DNA of 64,000 nucleotides from Octopus vulgaris (taxonomy: Eukaryota): NCBI GenBank assembly GCA_951406725.2, contig OX597837.1:7688001-7752000 (forward strand), in the 5' to 3' direction. The first letter of the stretch is position 1, and each line of letters starts with the position of its first letter. Below, piece by piece: positions 38,417-51,029 of the stretch. The notes beneath the pieces were generated by a model. That model did not search any database, was not told where the DNA came from, and was given only the letters and a program-made list of their open reading frames with translations. The translations under genes were made by a program, and so were the position numbers.

Positions 38417-39058
38417 GTATGTATGTATATGCGTGTGTATGTATATAAATATATTTCTATGTGAATGTGTGTGTGTGTGTGTGTGCACATGTCTGTATAT
38501 AAATCTTATGCGTGTGTGTAGATAAATATATAACACACACACACGTGCACGTTTGCATGTTTCTATGTGTATGTGTGTTCATATCTATATGTGTGTGTAT
38601 ATACATATATATATATGTGTGTGTGTGTGATTTGTGATGATGATGTGGTTATATTTTATGAAGTAAGTGTACTTGTGTGTATGTGTGTGTGTACGTATGT
38701 GTGTTCATATTTATATATATGTATATATATAATATACATGTATATATATCTGTGAGTGTATATATATATGTATGTGGAGTTACACATACGCGTGTGTGCA
38801 TGTATGGGACTGTAAAAGACCACATACCTAATTTTTTTTTATAATATGCAAGGTAGCATTATCAGACAGTCACAGGTATGCACTTACTACTACTACTACT
38901 ACTACCATGTCATAATTGACATTACAAACTTCAGTGTTATAACTGTCAAATCTGAATCACCCATCTTTCCTCACATCTACCTATCTAACTAGTCACCTAG
39001 TCAACCATTTCGCCTGCCAACCTGCCTATTTTACCTATCAAGCTACCTATCCATTTGC

Positions 39059-39122
<64 letters not shown>

Positions 39123-39140
39123 ATCTGTATGTATATTTAC

Positions 39141-39174
<34 letters not shown>

Positions 39175-39912
39175 GTCTATCTATCGGTTTCAGTTTATCC
39201 ATCCATTCGTCCATCTATTTATCAAGACGAATCTATCTATCTATCTATCTATCTATCTGTCTATATCTGATTTATCCGTCTTAGTTTATCCGCCCACCCG
39301 TCCATCTTTTAACATAGATTACTGTCTATCTATCTATCTATCTATCTCCCAATCAAACTACCTGCGTATTACCAAAGTTATTTATTTACCAATCTAATTT
39401 ACCAAACTCTGGCTATTCCTCTATTTATTTAGTGATCTGCACAAGTATTTAGGTTTCCCGGTCTGTGTATGTCTGTGTGTGTGTGCTTGTCCCCTTATAA
39501 ACCCTCTCCTTTACACGTGTTTGCATGTGTCTATATATATGTGTGTATATATATATCTCTCTCTCATATATATATATATATATTCAAACCTACCTACGTA
39601 CCGACAATTTTTTTCTATTTTACACACACACACAGATATCTGTGTGTGCATCTACATACACACACACCTGCTATTTTTTTCTGTCTCTATTTCTTGTCTA
39701 CCTTTCAATGTACCTGTTTATCTATCTACCTGTCTATCTTACCTGCCTTTCTTATCGAACATCATTATGATGATGATGACAATGACGGTAGGTTTAATGA
39801 TTATGATGACGACAACGGTAGTGATGATGATGACGACGACGACGGTGATGATGATGACGAATCACTATTGTACAAACCTACCATTTGTCATTACGGAACT
39901 AATTCTCTCTCC

Positions 39913-39943
<31 letters not shown>

Positions 39944-40329
39944 ATACAAACACTGATTTACACACACACACACACAGTCTTTCCCTTCCGTAGATGCCTG
40001 CCTGCGGTCGTTCAAATATGCTAAAAACACCAGTCAGACTGCAACGGGTCCTCAAAATCACACCCGACCCCATTACACAAAGAACGACACTGGCTAATGT
40101 AGTCCTACATCCCAAACATGCAGTCTGAATGAAAGAGGGTGGTGGTGGTGGTGGTCACGGCTAGAAGGCCTTTGATCACAAGTCAGCTTCCTCAGAGGTA
40201 ATCAAGAACCAAACAGCTATTGCCATCAATATTAACTAGCTACTAACTACTATAGTCACCAATTCTATTTAGATACCAATACTAGTACAAACAACAGTAC
40301 TACTATATCCATCAATACTAACTATTATT

Positions 40330-40902
40330 ACCAACCACATGGTTCTGGGTTCACTCCCACTGTGTGGCACCTTGGGTGAGTGTCTTCTACTATAGCCTTG
40401 GGCCAACAAAAGCCTTGAGAGTGGATTTGGTAGACGGAAACTGAAAGAAGCCCATCGTACTGGGCAGAGATCACATTGCGTCCTTGCGGAGGCTCAGAAG
40501 TGGCTGTGTGGTAAGTAGCTTGCTTACAAACTACATGGTTCCGGGTTCAGTCCCACTGCATGGGACCTTAGGCAAGTGTCTTCTATAGCCTTGAAACGAC
40601 CAAAGCCTTGTGAGTGGATTTGGTGGACGGAAACTGTAAGAAGCCTGTCGTGTGTATGTATGTGTGTGTGTGTGTGTGTATATTTATATATATATATATG
40701 TTTGTGTATCTATAGTCATCTCCCCACCATTGCTTGACAACCGATGTTGGTGCGTTTACGTCCCCATAACACAGCAATTCAGCAAAAGAGACCGATACAA
40801 TAAGTACTAGGCTTACAAAGAATAAATCCTGGGGTCAACTTGTTCAACTAAAAGCAGAGCTCCAGCATGGCCGCAATCAAATAATTGAAACAAATAAAAT
40901 AA
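40330..40902 (+). mobile_element. Two tandem CORE-like SINEs (partial, then near full length)
   Basis: Homology to other copies. Confidence 0.8.
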
Positions 40903-41223
40903 TACTGTAGCTATTAATACTAACAATTACAAGTACCAATACTAATACTAGAATTGCTGCTAATACTACTATTAATACTAATATTAGAGACATTAATACT
41001 ATTGAAACTACCAGCTACTAACTATTAATAACTACCAATCCTAGCCATTTATATCAATCAATACTGACTACTGTAGCCACCTATACTAACTATTACAATT
41101 ACCAATACTAACTATTACAATAACTGCCAATACTAACAATCATAACCACCAATACAAATATGACCATCACTTCTGATACAGACTTTTAGTGGCTCGAACA
41201 ATTATTGCCTACACTAAGTATGT

Positions 41224-41539
41224 TCTTTTATTCTTTCATTTGTTTCAGTTATTTGACTGCGGCCATGCTGGAGCCACTGCCTTTAGTTGAAGAAATCGAC
41301 CACCCAGGACTTATTCTTTATAAGCCTAGTACTTATTCTATCGATCTCTTTTGCCGAACCGCTAACTTACTGGGTCATAAACACACCAACATCGGTTGTC
41401 AAGCGATGATGGGGGGAGACACACAAACATATACATATATATATATATCACCGTGACCGACCAGGCTATCAGATGTTGCTACACATTGCTTGTCACAATG
41501 CGCTTCAAATGACGTCACCCCACTGGCTAAGCGAGCAGA

Positions 41540-41579
<40 letters not shown>

Positions 41580-41912
41580 TAATCCAAACAAGAAAACACA
41601 AAAAAGCACAACAACGCGAGGACGTGGAACAAATATAGTATTATTGGACGCTCAGGAAAGAAGGAGGGTTTAACGTTTCAAGCGGAGCTCTTCGTCGGAA
41701 ACATAGGAGAAGGAATGATCCAGAGAAGGGAAGACAGAGGAAAAAAAAATCGCCAACGGTACACACGAGGTCACACGAGGGTTTCTTTCAGTTTCCATCT
41801 ACCAAATCCACTCACAAAGCTTTCGTGCCCAAGGTTCCACACAGTGGGACAGAACCCGGAACCATGTGGTTGGTAAGCAAGCTACTTACCACACAGCCAC
41901 TCCTGCACCTAT
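41224..41912 (-). mobile_element. CORE-like SINE with nested insertions in its central (TA)n tract
   Basis: 3' half at 41224-41435, 5' half at 41778-41912. Confidence 0.8.
41575..41780 (-). mobile_element. PLE terminal-repeat remnant with minimal HHR (41668-41702)
   Basis: Minus strand gttt-CCGACGA-A-GAGC-tcc-GCTT-GAAA-CG-TT-aaac. Confidence 0.65.
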
Positions 41913-42089
41913 GTAGTAATGATTATAAATTATCACTAACTATATTAACCATTAATAACTGAAAAATACTGTTATTAAGATATTGGTATATCTAGATATG
42001 GATTGAGATTTCTATATCATTTCATCTTTTAGTAAATTGTATCTCTTTTTGATTTACTAGTATCTAACTATTATCATATGACAATAACA

Positions 42090-42696
42090 GGTTAAATATA
42101 GAACAGAACAGCTATGGCTGTGTTTAGTAACAGTTTAGGACTGCTGTGTTCAATAGTACACCAGCTAGTAGAATAACAGTGTTAATAGTACAGTGCCATT
42201 TTGTTAAATAGAACAGTTGTGTTTAATAGTACAGGGCCTGTTGTTTTAAATTGAACAGCTGTAACCAATAGTACAGGGCAGGTGTGTGAAATAGAATAGC
42301 TACATTCAATAGTACAAGGCTGATGTGTTAAATAGAACAGCTGTGTTTAATAGTATAACACCTGTTGTTTTAAACAGAACATCTGGGTTAATAGTACAGA
42401 GTAACTATATTAAATAGAACAGATGCATTCAAAAATAGAGGGCAGCTGTGTTTAATAGAACAGCTGTGAGTAATAGTATAAGGCAATTGTGAAAATTAGG
42501 ACACTTGCATTCAATAGTAGAGGGCCACTGTACTATTAAACAGCTGTGCTTAATAGTAAAGGGAACATGTGTTAAATATAACAGCTGTGTTCTATAGTAC
42601 AGACCCACTGTGTTCAATAGAAAAGTGTAGGTAAGTTGTTAGACAATAGATATATTTAATAGAACAGGACTATGTAATATAGAACAGTTGTGTTCA
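42090..42696. repeat. Degenerate minisatellite alternating AATAGTACAG and AAATAGAACAG subunits
   Basis: Direct inspection; dimer period ~37-39 bp. Confidence 0.8.
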
Positions 42697-42925
42697 TAGT
42701 GGTTAAGAGCGTGGGCTACTAACCCCAAGATTCCGAGTTCAATTCCAGGCAGTGATCTGAATAATAATAATAATAACAACAACATCGAAAAATACCTTAG
42801 GAATGAGAACCCGGTTCAAAATTTCCCCAAGACACCTGATGAAGGCTGGAGGCTATATTAGCCAAAACGTGTTAATAAACAAACAAGATGAAGACAAATA
42901 TCAGTCAAATGTAAATAATCTAAAT
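42697..42925 (+). mobile_element. tRNA-headed SINE with an HHR-like 3' module (copy 2)
   Basis: GTGGG-CTACTAA-CCCCA arm, B box GAGTTCAATTCC, GACAC-CTGATGA-A-GGCTG...TAGCC-AAAAC-GTGTT. Confidence 0.75.
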
Positions 42926-43129
42926 GAATTCATTAAAAAAATTATTCAGTGAAAGCCAGGTATAGAGAAAGTATTTACTATTTAAAAAAAAATTAATTTA
43001 TCAATTATACGTAGAAAAATTATTGATTTTCTAACTTCAGTAGTTTCTGAAAAAGCAGAGCAATTATATACTTTCAAACAATCGCTGAATTGACAATCCT
43101 TGCAATCAATCATCATTCGTTTGAACAAT

Positions 43130-43510
43130 CTGTCAATCAAGTAAGCAATGAAGTAAAGCAAGCTAGCAAGTATTAATCAAGGAAGTGAGCAAGCAAGTGA
43201 CCAAGCAAGCAAGCAAGTAACCAAGCAAGCAAGCAAGTAACCAAGCAAGAAAGCGACCAAGCAAGCAAGTGACCAAGAAAGCAACCACACAAGCAAGTAA
43301 GCAATCATGCAATGAAGCAATGACACAATCAAGGAAGCAATCAATCAAGCAAATGACCAACAAAGACAACCAGGCAATCACACAGGCAAGCAATCCATTT
43401 GATGAGCAATCAGTCATGCAGTCAAGCAATCAAGGAAGCAATCAATCGCACAAGCAAGTAATCAAATAATCATGCAACAAAGTGATTATTTCAATCAAGC
43501 AATCGAGTCA
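43130..43510. repeat. Degenerate (CAAG)n/(CAAT)n microsatellite
   Basis: Direct inspection. Confidence 0.85.
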
Positions 43511-44389
43511 TGCAAAAAAAACAGAAAAAGATCATACAAAGGATACGGACAAGCAGAACCCATCATCAGCTGCCAAACAAATATCATTACAATTTCGACA
43601 TCTTTCAGTATTATTGTTCAATTTGGCAATGAAATGTTTGTCAGTGTCCATACATGAATATATACATATGTGTATATATGTGTGTTTCTGTTTGTTTTAC
43701 CTGTGCACTAAATACATATAGGTATAATATGCCAATGGTCTGTAATATTCATGTTATAGACTGACAGAGAGGACGGACGGACGGACAGGCACTGACACAG
43801 ATATAAATGGAGACAGATGGACAGACAGACAGACAGACAGACAGAAATAAATGCAATTAGATGGCAGATATAGAAATCTGCGTGTGTATTTGTGAGTGTG
43901 TAAGGAAACAGATTAATAAAATGTATGAGAGAGCGAGAGAGTGAGAATGAGAGAGAGAGTGAGCGAGAGATAAGGACAGGTGTGTGTGTGTGTGTGTGTG
44001 CATGTGTCGGTACAAGTGTGTGCGTACGCATGTGTACGTGTGTGGGTGTTTGATGCTGACAAGTCAAACAGAACACTTAAAGATTACTTATTAGTTTGAA
44101 GTGACAGGTATATATAGATATAAGTAGGTGTTTATATATATATATATATATATATATGTGCGTGTGCGTATATGTGTGTAGGTGTTGTGTGCATGCATAC
44201 ATATATACAGAGAGACAGACAGACAGACATGAAATAGCTAGCAAGGTAGACAGATGTAATACACCTATAAGCATATATATATATATATATGTATGGATGT
44301 GTGTGTGTGTGTGTGTAGAGAGAGAGAGAGAATGTATGTGTGTAAAAAGATATCAAAATATATATATGTATGTAAAAATATATATATAG

Positions 44390-44673
44390 ACACACGCACA
44401 TATATACATATATATATATACATACATACATATACATACATACATATATACATACATATACATACATACATATATACATACATATACATACATACATATA
44501 TATACATACATATATACATATATATATACATACATACATACATATATATATACATACATACATACATATATATATACATACATACATACATATATATATA
44601 CATACATACATACATATATATATACATACATACATACATATATATATACATATATACATACATATATATATAT

Positions 44674-44706
<33 letters not shown>

Positions 44707-44854
44707 TACATACATATATACATACATACATATACATACATATATACATACATACATATACATACATATATACATACATACATACATACATATATATATA
44801 CATACATACATACATATATATATATATACATACATATATACATACATACATACA

Positions 44855-44888
<34 letters not shown>

Positions 44889-44944
44889 CATACATACATA
44901 TATGCATACATATATATTTATACATACATACATATACATACATT

Positions 44945-44976
<32 letters not shown>

Positions 44977-45000
44977 TGTATATATATACACACACACACA
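44390..45000. repeat. (TACA)n/(TA)n microsatellite
   Basis: Direct inspection. Confidence 0.95.
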
Positions 45001-45131
45001 TCAAACATACATACATCTAACAAAATTGCTGAAATTAGGCAGGTGTGGTGCTTTGTAGCATGGAACCAACACGGTTAAGTTTGGAAATTCATAGCCGTAA
45101 AAAGTGAGAGAGAGAAAGAGAGAGAGAGAAG

Positions 45132-45166
<35 letters not shown>

Positions 45167-45257
45167 AAGAGAGAGAGAGTGGGAAGCTGGGCAGGTGGCG
45201 AAGAATGGTGTTAAATTAGTTTCTGAATTCTCTAAGTTGGCTTATTAGAATGAAACA

Positions 45258-45271
45258 GTCGCCATGGCAAT
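45258..45271. promoter_or_regulatory. Candidate RFX X-box
   Basis: GTCGCCATGGCAAT versus consensus GTNRCCATGGYAAC (last base differs), within unique sequence. Confidence 0.35.
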
Positions 45272-45549
45272 CGCCAAATATGTGTTCACCTCATATTTTG
45301 ACATTAATGTGCCTGTTTGTGGTATATAATAGTGGCAACTGCTCAGTTAAATTTATATGGTCATACGCATACTAACGCATGCACACATGTATGTATGTAT
45401 ATGTGTGTGTGTGTGAGGATATATTCATGTTCTGTATACATTTATGTTATACATGTGTATGTGTGTGCATGTAGACACCAACACACAAATATAAACATGC
45501 ATACATGCATGTGTATTTGTGAGAATGTATTCACAATTCTTATACACAG

Positions 45550-45584
<35 letters not shown>

Positions 45585-45875
45585 CACACACACAGACAGA
45601 TACATATATAGACAGGCAGGCAGGCAGAAAGACACATAGAGAGATATATTCACACATGCATAGATATTCATCGAAGTATGTGTGTGCTTGTGTTTCTGCT
45701 TTTTATGAGCATGAACATATATATATATATATATAATGGAGGTGTACTTGCATAGCAAGTGACCTGATCTGAGATCGTGTGCTGGAACAAAAACAATTGC
45801 AGCGTGGAAGGTGTTTATACGTCATTTAAGAAACACACAAAAAACCGTTAGATTCACTTCAACATTTAAATTTAA

Positions 45876-45926
45876 TTTGTCAAAATATTTTCATCACTTT
45901 GAGACCGCGACCTGTTCACTGACAAA
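45876..45926 (-). ncRNA. Minimal HHR motif with G3-C8 swapped core, in a ~190-bp element (45735-45927) next to (TA)n
   Basis: Minus strand tttgtca-GTGAACA-G-GTCGC-ggtctcaaa-GTGAT-GAAA-ATAT-TT-tgacaaa. Confidence 0.6.
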
Positions 45927-46184
45927 ATGCAAACACACACACACAATCATCATCATTGTGTTAATGTTGGCTTGACTCAGACAGAATTTGCTGAGGCAGT
46001 TTTCTATAGCTGGATGCCCTCCCTGTCACCAATCCTCACCTGTTTCCAAGCAAGGTAACATTTCCCTCATGGTGAGACAGGTTTTTCATGGGAGACTGGA
46101 AACAGGTGGAGATTGGCAACATAAAGGGTATCTGGCCATAGAAAGATTCACCCCAGTGTACTCTCGTCCGACCCATGCAAGTAC

Positions 46185-46472
46185 AGATGATGATGATGAT
46201 GACGATGATGACAATGATGAAGATGATGATGAGGAAGATGATGAAGATGATGATGAGGAAGATGACGACGACGATGATGATGAAGAGGATGAGGAAGATG
46301 ACAATGATGTTGATGATGATGACAATGATGATGATGATGAAGATGACGGTGATGATGATGATGAAGATGATGATGATGAAGATGATGACGATGATGAAAT
46401 GATGATGATGATGAAGATGATGACGAAGAAGATGACGATGATGATAATCATAACGATGATAATGATGATGAT
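46185..46472. repeat. Expanded (GAT/GAC/GAA)n tail of an RTE-type 3' end
   Basis: Directly follows CCGACCCATGCAAG, the RTE 3'-end motif. Confidence 0.85.
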
Positions 46473-47120
46473 GGCATCATGGATCTTTCATCAGTTCCAT
46501 TGTTGAATATTCCACAAACACTCAGAGTATTTCCCAGACTCACTCAGTTCAATACGTGACGTGGATGGACCTTTCAATGACGAGTACAATCCATCATACA
46601 GGATTCCACACAATCTCCATCAACCTGATTTCACCAACACCCACAAGACTGGCACCATGCACCGATTCTTAGCAAAAACACATAAAATGTGTGTGTACAT
46701 GTATGTGTGTGTATGTGTGTGGGTCGTATCTTTGTGTTTGTTACCCCTCCCCTTTTCACCACTTGACAACCAGTTTCTGGTTTGTTTACAGCCCCATAAC
46801 TTAGTGGTTCAGCAAAACTGATCAATAGAATAATTACCAGACTGTAAAACAAAAACAAAAGAAAGAAATAATTAACAGGGTTGATTTTGTTGGACTAAAC
46901 CCTTCGAGGCATTGCTCCAACACCTCATAATTGTAAAGTGGCAAAATTTCTTAATTAATTCAAGCTTTTCTCTCTTTTGCCTTCTCACTTCCTTCCTGCC
47001 TCTCCCTCTCTCTCTTTCATTTTTATTCTCCCTCCCTTCCTTTTTTTCTCTCTCTCTCTCTTCAGATTTCATCCATCTGACCCATGCCAGCATGGAAAAG
47101 TAGACATTTAGATAGCAGAG

Positions 47121-47720
47121 AGGTGCAGGAGTGACTGCGTGGTAAGAAGCTTGCTTCCCAACCACATGATTCTAGGTTCAGTCCCACCTAGGGCAAGGGT
47201 GTTCTACTATAGCCTCGGGCTGACCAAAACCTTGTGAGTGGATTTGGTAGACAGAAACTGAAAGAAGCACATGGATTTCACTGAACTTTTCTGTTGACGA
47301 AAAATCGCTCCAATACATTTGAACCTTTTTGAACTTTCTGTTTTTTCTACTCATGCTCCTTTCTGTTGAAGAGCACAGGCTCGAAATGTCAAAGACTTTC
47401 TCACCTTCCCGAGTGTCAAACTAATACACCTACTTCTTGTTCAAATATCTGTCTTCATCTTTTCTTTTTCTGTAAATTTCAACTATATGTGTGTGTGTGT
47501 GTCTTTGTGTCCATGTTTGTCCCCTCTCCACCATCTCTTGACAACTGATGTTGGTGTGTTTTACGACCCCGTAACATAGCAGTTCGGCAAAAGAGACCGC
47601 CAGAACAATTTCTAAGCTTACAGAGAATGACTCCTGGGATCGATTTCTTCGACTAAAAGGTAGTGCTCCAGCATGGCCGCAGTCAAATGACTGAAACCAG
47701 TAAAAGAAAAAATAAAAGAA
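47121..47720 (+). mobile_element. CORE-like SINE interrupted by a PLE remnant
   Basis: 5' half at 47121-47268, 3' half at 47487-47720. Confidence 0.8.
47359..47394 (+). ncRNA. Minimal HHR-like motif with A6U core variant
   Basis: cttt-CTGTTGA-A-GAGC-acag-GCTC-GAAA-TG-TC-aaag. Confidence 0.5.
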
Positions 47721-48242
47721 GTATTTAATGAAGACGCCGGCAGTGGTGGTGGTGGTAGAATTTTAAATTTTAAATATTACGAAATTAAGCAATCTGAGGA
47801 GTTCTAAAAATACCATTTTTAAGAAGTAAAATCAAAAAGGACAAAATCAAAGAACAAAATAAATTAATTAACAAAAGACAGAAACGATGTATTGATGCCA
47901 GGCTCTGGAGAATGGTCAATAATGCCGTACTTTGGTCAGAACATCGAAACAACAAAAACAAGAATGACAACAAGAAATGTGATGATAAAAGAGAGAGTCT
48001 TTTGCTTGGTTCGTCAACAATTAGTGTTGTGTTTATAACGAGCTATAATTTTTATAGCTTTGTTTGTCAATAAAAATAGATTCGGCTGAATGTTTTTTCT
48101 GTGATGTGAAGTGAATCCAAAGATTGTGTGTATATGTGTGTGTGTGTGTGTTTGTGCGTGCACAAGTGTCTTTCTCTTGATATATAGATAGATAGATAGA
48201 TAGATAGACATACACACATTAGACGGACAGACATACACACAT

Positions 48243-48324
<82 letters not shown>

Positions 48325-48325
48325 C

Positions 48326-48600
48326 GTTTCTTTATTAGCCACACAGGGCTGAACACAGACGGGACAAATTACAAAGTAGAGCTTTTCTTTTTGGGGAGAA
48401 AAAAAAAGTGGGGTAGGTTTTTGATCAAAAGGGATTGTAAAAAGGAAAAAAAGTAAAGAAATAATGATCAACAGGGATCGTGTATCACAGAAATGTCATG
48501 ATGTAAAGTGTAAAGTGTAAAGGGGGAAGCAGATAAGGTTTATCCGTGGAAAGAAAAGCCTACGGAAAAGACCATGGTAACCTCGGTCATTAATGTCACA
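48326..48600 (-). mobile_element. L1/Tx1-like LINE 3' UTR, copy 2, in (GACA/GATA)n
   Basis: Clear homology to 28257-28540. Confidence 0.75.
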
Positions 48601-49877
48601 AGATAGATACATACATACATACATAGACATACACACACTAGACAGACAGATAGACATGCACAGGCAGACATACAGACATACAGACAGACAGACAGATAGA
48701 TAGACAGACAGCCAGCCAGCTAGACAAGTATATATACAGATATATGTAAAGGTATATATCTATAAATGTATATATCCTGTTTACCTTATATTAGACTAAC
48801 ACACACACACATATATATATATATATATTACAGATGCACAGGTAGACAGGTAGAGACTGATAGATAGATTGATTGATATGGATTGATAGATAGATATGGA
48901 CAGACAGACCAACGGACTGACTGACAAACAGACAGACAAAAGAGAGACAGATAGACTGATAGATATATTAATAAGTTTGTTTGCATTTTTGACCATCATG
49001 GTTGTTTTTGTTATTGAAAGAAATATGTGTGTGTATGTATATGTGTGTATATGTGTGTGTGTATGTATATGTGTGTATATGTGTGTGTGTGTGTGTGTGC
49101 GTGCGTGCATCACTATCACCATGAGAACTATAGTTACCAACATCGTTGTCATCATTCTCATCATAATGTAGTCATCATCATCATCACCCCCACCAGTCCT
49201 GTCATCATTTTGTCTTTTTTTACATTACTACCTCCAACATCAAGATTACAACAGCCAGAGCTGCTGCTGCTGCTACTGATGATGATGATGATGATGATGG
49301 AGCAAATGTTGATGGTGATAGTTATGATGGTGGTGATGGTTATTGTGTGGCATAGATGGTGATGAATATGATGATGATGATGATGGTGGTGGTTATGGTG
49401 GTGGTAACTATTCTTTAATGTAGATGATGATGGCGGTGGTGGTGATGATGATGGTGGAAATGATGATGATAATGAAGACGATGATGGTGATGATGATGGT
49501 GGTGATTGATGATGGTGGAAATGATGATGATAATGAAGACGATGATGATGGTGATGATGATGATGGTGGTGGTGGTGATTGATGATGATGAAGGTTACGC
49601 TGTGATGTTGATGATGATGAGGAGGAGGGGAGAAGAGGAGAGGGAGGAACATGGAGGAGGAAGAGGCATCCAAAGATATTGAGAAGAAAAGCAACGAAAA
49701 CACAAACCAAGTGAAAGAGATACGAAGAAATCTCTCATTAAAACAACTTTTAACATGGAATGGTAAAGCTGAACAAATTCAACAGACATTCTTAGAATAC
49801 AACATATTCTTCCACACACATACACAATCATTTTGCATCCATATCCCCCCACCTCCCTGTTAACAAAGATTAACTGT

Positions 49878-50550
49878 TTAGGGACAGGGCTAGTCGAATG
49901 CATTGACCCCAGTGTTCAACTGGTACTTATTTTATTGACCCCAGAAAGGATGAAAGGCAAAGTCGACCTCAGCAGAATTAGAACTCAGAACGTAATGACA
50001 GGTGAAACACCTTTAAGCATTTCGCCTGGTGTGTTAACAATTCTTATTTCTTTATTGCCCACAAGGGGCTAAACATAGAGGGACAAACAAGGACAAGTCG
50101 ACCTCGGCAGAATTTGAACTCAGAATGTAGTGGCAGATAAAATACCTATTTCTTTACTACCCACAAGGGGCTAAACACAGAGAGGACAAACAAGGACAGA
50201 CAAACGGATTACGTCGATTATATCGACCTCAGTGCGTAACTGGTACTTATTTAATCGACCCTGAAAGGATGAAAGGTAAAATCGACCTACGCGGAATTTG
50301 AACTCAGAATGTAACGGCAGATGAAATACCTCTTTCTTTACTACCCACAAGGGGCTAAACACAGAGAGGACAAACAAGGATAGACAAAGGTATTAAGTCG
50401 ATTACATTGACTCCAGTGTGTAACTGGGACTTAATTTATCAACCCCGAAAGGATGAAAGGCAAAGCTGACCTCGGCGGAATTTGAACTCAGACGAAATAC
50501 CGCTAAGCATTTCGCCCGGCGTGCTAATGTTTCTGCCAGCTCACTGCCTT
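49878..50550 (-). mobile_element. Meta-like SINE cluster including a short head-less concatemer (50045-50550)
   Basis: Junctions AAATACC-TA/TC-TTTCTTTA fall at the same position as in the large array. Confidence 0.85.
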
Positions 50551-51029
50551 TTATAAAAATAATAACGACGATGATGATAACAATAATAATAGTCAATAAG
50601 CATGCGTGTACATAGGACTGTCGTGATCTTAGATAATTATGAAGACAATTATAGACAGAATATGAAATATGAAATATCCAAGTGCAACATTTATTGCGAT
50701 GAAATGAAATGAGCATTAGGAAGAAATGTCACAAAGTTAGCAAGACTCACAAGCGCAACGAAATATAGTAATTAACATAGCCACATATAATAAATATAAC
50801 AAAACGAAGTCATCATTGTTTATTGTTAGAACATATTAGAATTATTGAAATTGGCAGATATTTTATTCTTTTATTAATTTTTTTGGTTTTGCTTTAGAAT
50901 TGTTTGCTAGTTCCAATTGTCTACGAATGAATGGTAAACTGATATGTCCTCTCATCACCTGATTTTGAAATTTATATTAGCATCGTTAGCATGTGTGTGG
51001 GATTCGTAGGTGTGTCTGTTCAACTCTTT

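Noticed and set aside
45988-46506. 172-aa ORF with poly-Asp/Glu tract resembling an acidic biomineral protein
   Set aside because: The N-terminus is repeat-derived and the acidic part is the expanded (GAT)n retroelement tail
49651-49863. 70-aa protein-like ORF MEEEEASKDIEKK...
   Set aside because: Emerges from purine-rich low-complexity DNA; no recognisable domain or splice support
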